DNA from: Tricharina praecox
Lineage: Eukaryota
DNA: 64,000 bases
Direction of reading: 5' to 3'
Assembly: GCF_024521635.1 (NCBI RefSeq)
Contig: NW_026250431.1
Location: 1 to 64,000 of the forward strand
Shown: positions 58,243 through 64,000 of the stretch, piece by piece
Layout: every line of letters starts with the position of its first letter
Numbering within the stretch: the stretch's first letter is position 1
The notes under the pieces: generated by a model
What the model was told of the DNA's origin: nothing
Database searches by the model: none
The model's input: only the letters and a program-made list of their open reading frames with translations
Program-made: the position numbers and the translations under genes

Positions 58243-58927
58243 ATGCCGGTTATCAAAATCTTCTCCGACGAACTCTGGGAGTTCATCCAGGAAACCACTA
58301 CGATGGAATCTCCCGACGATACCGTTCCCCTCAACTTCATTAATAAGTTCGCCACTGTGGTCACCAATGCCCCCAATTATGTCTCTACGCCCGAGATAGC
58401 TCCCGAGGGTCGCACCCTAGCCGAAGAAACTGCAAGAGCTGATGTCGCCGAATAAGAGATGGCCCTCCAGCGCGCAATTGTCACCCACCTCCTCACTACG
58501 CACGCACTACCTCCCGAGATCCGTGAACCCGTGGCGATAAGCTTCCGGACGCTCCTATGTTCGACGGTATGCGCGACAAACTGCGACCCTTCATTACTCA
58601 GCTGCGTCTCAAACAGCTCAGCGACGCTCGTCGTTATCCGACAAAGAGGCACCGGCTTGCCTATGCGATCAATCGTCTCGAAGGTCGCGCTATCCATCAG
58701 AACCTTCCGTACATCAGCGACAATGGCATTGTCGCGCTTGACGATGTGGAGCATGTCATCATCATTCTGCAAATTGCCTTCGGTGATCCTGATCTCGTAC
58801 AGAAGCTCCAATCTTTCCCACAAGGATACAAGGAGCTCCCGGGACACTAATTTGGGCAACTTTCGACTTCCTCCCAAGCGACCCCTTCGATTTACTCCAG
58901 GGCCCTTGCCTTTCTAGCATCCGGCTG
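58243..58927 (+). pseudogene. Disrupted stand-alone gag (capsid N-terminal) gene, paralogue of 60569-61246
   Basis: MPVIKIFSDELW...; TAA at 58453-58455, frameshifts; MFDGMRDKLRPFITQLRLK...RLEGRA...AFGDPD. Confidence 0.85.
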
Positions 58928-60568
58928 AATGCTACCACCGCTACGGAATGTCTTTGTTGTGTGGCGGAGGCGCAGCCGGATGAGCAACCAGTGACGGGGA
59001 CGGGGACGGAGACGTCAGCGGATGTGCACACGTATGCGAAGACGGAATCAAAAGTTTTCTTTCGTTGCGGCTTTCGCCAAGTTGTGTGTTCTTTTGTTTC
59101 GTAGAGCTCCAGTAACGTGTAAAAAGATCCCGTCAAATCTGATACATACTTCATGTCTTCGATTGCCGGCGCTGCGCATCATCAGCGGGAGGTGGTCGTT
59201 GATGCTTTTCTTTTGAAGTGCCTACTATATCTAAGGAATACGAGCTTGGGAAGTGAGTGATGGAACGTGGTATGCTCAAGATTAGATATTTGAGTTACAA
59301 CGCAACGCAGTTCACAAGATGACGAGTGACTACCCATTGGCATGAGCACATAAGCAGCATAAGAAGATAATGCAAAAGACAAACAAACGCGGATATCATT
59401 GGTTTCTATACTACCGCCCCTGACCAGGTTCCACCAGACACCACCGATCCTCCCGTGTCTACGGATATCAACGGGAACAAACGTTCCCTCGTCATTAGAC
59501 GCAGTTACCCATCGGGTAGAATCCATCTCCGCCCCAGTTCTAGGCGTCTAGTCCTCCCTTCATCTAAGCCTAAGCTGCGACCCCATCGCCAAGCTCCACC
59601 TCCTTCAGCCAGTTCGCCGTCGTGGCTCTGGTGCGCTCAATGTGTGCATTGAGGACCTGGTGGCTCCGTGGTTTCCCCGCCTCCAGCTTTTCGGGGTTCA
59701 TCACACACCAGCGGATGCCTTCCCTTGCGGAGGACACCACGGCGCGCCGGTTGAACACTTGTCGTCTCCGGTAGGGAATCCGACACGTCGGGATGGCACG
59801 GCTTTATCAGTTTTCGTAGCTCGTCCCTGCTAGACTCTAGTGAAGAAACCCGCCTTGAGATGTTGTTGGTGGTAGCAGTGTCGTAGTGAACATAGTGAAT
59901 ACCTAGGCGGAGCTCGGATTTTGGTCTTGTGGTGATGTTGCATGATACAGGCGCGAGGGAGTAGGTTTCGACATGGTTGATGTCTGCTGCGATGGTGGAC
60001 GGATTGTTGCGGGGATGGACTAGTGGAGGAGGGAAGATGTGTTGTTGAAAGTGGGTATTGGTTGTGGTGAGTTGTGGGATGGTGGACAGATTGTGTGGTG
60101 GATAGAAGCGTAGGGGAGGGAAAAGGTGTTGTCGAAATTGGGCATTGTGTGTGGTGACGTTTTTGGATCCGCGTCTTTAAGTCTCGCCGTATGCTGGACT
60201 TCGCGTTGTCCCACTCTCTGTATCTGCTCCTTGTCTCTCGCCTCGCTTCTGCTTCTGCTCCAGCTTCCGCCTCGCTGCTATCCTCGCTCTGGCTCGGTGG
60301 CTACATACGGACGACTTTCCCTCGCACCTGTCCCGTTACATTACATTCTGTCGAACCTCTCCCCAAGCTACTCATCGTCTGCTACATACTCCCGACATCA
60401 TCATACGACCGCTTGCTTTTACTGCTCTTATCCTCGAGTACCCCGCTGCACCATCACCCACAACTCGTCATCCATCGGATCAGTCACTGCGCATTCCACA
60501 CCACCCACACCTGCTCACTTTTGACCCGCCTCTACCAACACGGTCAACCTGCCTCTCGACGCGAAGCC

Positions 60569-61246
60569 ATGCCGGTTATCAAAACCTTCTCCGACGAATT
60601 CTGGCGGTGCATCCAGGCTTCCATTATGGTCACATCTACCGACGATGCCGATACCCTCAGCTACCTTCACGACCTCGCCACTGCCATCACCAATGCCCCT
60701 GATTACGTCCCTACGCCCGAGACATCTACCGAGGGTCGCACCCTAGCCGAAGCAACAGCCAGAGCCGATGCCGCCGAACGCGAGGTGACCCTCCAGCGCG
60801 AAATCATCACGCGCCTCCTCGCTACACCTCCACTAGATCCCGATGACCGCGAAGCTCTTGGTGAGACGCTTCCCAACGTTTCTAGGTACGGCGGTACTCC
60901 CGACCACAATCTTCGAGTCTTCATTGCTCAGCTCCGTCTGAAACTGTTCAGCGACGCTCGTCGTTATCCGACAAAGAGGCACCGGCTTGCCTACGCGATC
61001 AGTCGTCTTGAAGGTTGCGCCATCAACGAGATCCTTCCGTACATCCGCGATAATGGCCTCGTTATGCTGGAAGATGTGGAGCATCTCATCGCGGTTCTTC
61101 AAGCTACGTTCGGTGATCGTGAACTCGCTACCAGGGGCCACCTCATGCTCGAAGCTGTCCAAGAACACAACAAAGAGTTCACGGGACACTACTTTGGGCA
61201 ATTTACAGTTTCCCCTGAGACCCTGGCTATTCTAGCATCCCTCTGA
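60569..61246 (+). CDS. Stand-alone Ty3/Gypsy gag-derived protein (225 aa, capsid N-terminal domain only)
   Basis: Intact ORF from GAAGCCATG; FIAQLRLKLFSDARRYPT...AYAISRLEG...ILPYI...TFGD...NKEFTGHYFGQF aligns to element C Gag; no knuckle, pol or 3' LTR follows. Confidence 0.78.
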   Translation: MPVIKTFSDEFWRCIQASIMVTSTDDADTLSYLHDLATAITNAPDYVPTPETSTEGRTLAEATARADAAEREVTLQREIITRLLATPPLDPDDREALGETLPNVSRYGGTPDHNLRVFIAQLRLKLFSDARRYPTKRHRLAYAISRLEGCAINEILPYIRDNGLVMLEDVEHLIAVLQATFGDRELATRGHLMLEAVQEHNKEFTGHYFGQFTVSPETLAILASL

Positions 61247-63171
61247 AGACTGCCACCGCTCCGGAAGGTCTTTGCTGTGTTGCTTTTCCTTCTGGTGACT
61301 GCGGCGGCTTGTTGTCGATGTTGCTAGAAAAGCGGCGCCGGCTGATGGATAATTGTGTACAGAGTCAATACTTGAAAGTTCGGAAGAGGCATCTGGAGTT
61401 TATGCTATCGTATTAAGGGTGATTATATGTAAAGGCATGATGCTTGAAGTTGAGCAGCCGAATATGCATTGTGTTTGTTGTCTTTCAGGAAAAAGGAGAT
61501 CGATGTGGTTACGACTACCTCAGATGAGGAATTAATGATAGAGTCTGGCGTGACTTCGCGATGTTGCTGTTCTCACAAATTGTTTATCCATATGCCTTTC
61601 TTGAATACCGTCTACTAATGGTATTAGCATCTAGGTACCGCTCTATAGATCTTCAGTAGTAGCATCGGCAGGATGTAAACCACATGCCTACCTGTTTGAG
61701 CAACGTGCGCCTCAGGCTTGCAGTTGTGATTGAGCCTCACCACGAACGAGATATAACGGCGCCTATCAGCTTCAGGTTGCGGTCAAGGAGAGGGTGGGGG
61801 AGGTTGATGACGAGCCGGAGGAGCAGCTGGAGACGGAGACGGAGACGGACACTTATGAAGATGCGGAGACGGCTACGTATGCAGAGACGGAACGAAAAGT
61901 CTTCTTTGGTCGCGGCCCGGGGCAGACGACTTGAATTCGACATAAACTCACGTTTATGCAGGATCTGACACAAAGTTGGGCTTGAGCTTACTATTCGCAC
62001 GGAGTAAGGCGAAAGGTGGAGAGATCGAACTTTAACCCGCAAAATGCAAGGCCGCCAAAAATATACTACGTATTCTTCAAATCGTAGGGACTGCAAGAGT
62101 CGCCCTGATCTGTGACGATTCGTCCAGTGGCCTGCGGAAATGTTTCGAATCGCGATGAGTTTTTGCATTACTGCGTCCCGCTGTCCCAGTGGTGTGGCTT
62201 ACGGTGGAGATGACGGGAAAGACGCTTCGTGGAACCAGACATCAGCTGCCTAGTGATGATTACGATTTCTATGTGGTGAGAGTTGCGTCCGGGCGGATCG
62301 TGATTTTCGTTTTGCGGGGATGATAACTACGCCGTAGACTCTATTTAAAGTTCTACAGTGTCAAAAAGCATGTTGGTATCTTTCCCGTGACGTACATTTC
62401 TGTGAAGGCTCCGCGTGGATCATATTTTTGGATTTTCCGGCGATAATGACATGCACACTCTATTTAGATTTCAAGACTGTCAAAAGCTTGTTCGTACGGT
62501 GGAAATATGCCGAAACGTAAGTGGCTGTGGAGATCGGTGGCGCAGAAGACTCGACTTCCTCATACACTCAATGCTTCGGGGGATCTGGAAGAATCTATAG
62601 TTTGTGCTTATCGTTTGTAAGGGGTAAGATGTAAAGTCGAGACCCCGAATGGTGATAGTTGACATGCCACGAGCAACGCAGTCAGAAGGATGCTGAGTAT
62701 GTGTTGTCACCAGGACCTCAAGCCTTTGCACGCCTCCAAATGTGTCTTCCATTGGCCGTAGAACTTTGCTTGCATCGTTAGAACCATTTAAGTTTCTGCG
62801 TAGGATCGTGGCGCTCGCGGTATGTTGCGGGGACTTTGTCACATTCTCTGCTAATTATGCCTTCGATATGGTTAAGGTGGACTCCGCGCGAACGGTATTT
62901 TTGAACGTTCCGGAATAATGATACCAATACTCCATATAAACTTCAACAGAGCTAAAAAAGATCTATCTGGCTTCAACTATGTCGAAAAGCTTGTTCATAC
63001 CAGTACCGTAACTTAACCATGACCGTAATCCAATGGCACGAATGCATGATATAAACTCCCCCCCTCCTTTCCCCCGCTCTTCTCAGTTGCCCATCTCGAC
63101 CGCATCGATCACTCATATCCCTCATCCTTTCCTCTCCAAACGGCAGAGTTGAGACCCCCCAACGCTGACAA

Positions 63172-63710
63172 TGATGGACCCACAGAGCCTTTATATCTCC
63201 CAGGTAACGCTAGCCAGGATCGATGGGCTCCACCTCCAGCTTACGAACGACCCAGTCCTACTGCATGAACACCTTGGACGCCTTCCCGGACTTGTCCTTC
63301 GGTACATCGATCTGTTGGAGCGGGCAGGTACCTGTTAAACCCTTCCCACCGTAGTGGTTCTATTGCGCCGAGCCCTTCTCTGACACCAGGATACTAGTCA
63401 CCACGAAGACCGCATTCGAACGTGGCTTTATCGATTGCGCCTACAACAAACTCAAGCAGGCATTGACGGAAATTCCCTGGGCCCTCGGTATGTGCATTGT
63501 GGCATAACCCATCTACCCTAGCTCCCTCTCCCGAGATATTGCTAATCACCGTTCCCAAGGTCCACAGCAACCGGCCGGAATATGTGGACCGTCTTCCGTC
63601 GATACCTCTTGGTGGTCCATTTTACGGACCGTATGTGCAACCTCTGTCCTCTATCTTTCGTGGTCTTCATGGCTCTCTAGCGCTAACTACTACTATCCAG
63701 AGGTGTTGAG
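63172..63710 (+). other. Possible intron-containing gene or pseudogene, product unknown
   Basis: ATG after a pyrimidine-rich leader and two intron-like segments (GTACCT..CTGAC..CAG; GTATGT..CTAAT..AAG), but I could not join a clean frame. Confidence 0.25.
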
Positions 63711-64000
63711 TTTCTTCGAAGACAGAAAGAAGAAGGAACGATCGGTGACGCGGTTCACTGAGGATGGAGTGAGCTACGTGGCGGCGGAGTAGAGAGCGGA
63801 CGCAGCATGTATGGTGGAAGATTGATTATTTATGTGCGGTTATCATGTACTTAGAGAATGTTACTGTATTAATCTCACTCTTTCTCTCCCGTTTTCGCTT
63901 AGTGGGCGCTGTGTCAAAGGAGTTGGCAGCACGGCGAGGAACAGACGGATATGGGAAGTAGACGGCATAGGAGACACCTGTACCGGCAGATCTTACACTA

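Noticed and set aside
60191..60568. 126-aa N-terminal extension of the gag-derived ORF
   Set aside because: Low-complexity pyrimidine-rich leader; the paralogue starts at the equivalent of ATG 60569
1..64000. tRNA/rRNA genes
   Set aside because: No cloverleaf or rRNA-like sequence recognised by eye; tRNAscan-SE would be needed to exclude them

Overview
Eukaryotic, intron-containing DNA from a filamentous ascomycete (inference: Pezizomycete-like, from the gene set, short GT..CTRAC..YAG introns and intact, non-RIPped repeats). Positions 1-14.8 kb are a nest of Ty3/Gypsy chromoviruses. Element A (gag-pol, 3' LTR) is inserted into a minus-strand copy of a second family. That copy is interrupted by a full-length, near-identical-LTR element C and a partial LTR, and it borders a degraded Plavaka-type transposase followed by long minisatellite arrays. 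The rest mixes host genes (TSA1-type 2-Cys peroxiredoxin, ATG29, a short NoxR/p67phox-like TPR protein, several orphan membrane or acidic proteins) with solo LTRs, a hAT derivative, MITEs, an unclassified dispersed element and local duplications. The most notable candidates are (i) a tandem pair of stand-alone, capsid-N-terminal-only gag genes, one still an intact 225-codon ORF (possible domesticated gag or retrotransposon restriction factor), and (ii) a PB1-less NoxR paralogue. All calls were made by eye; no database searches were run.
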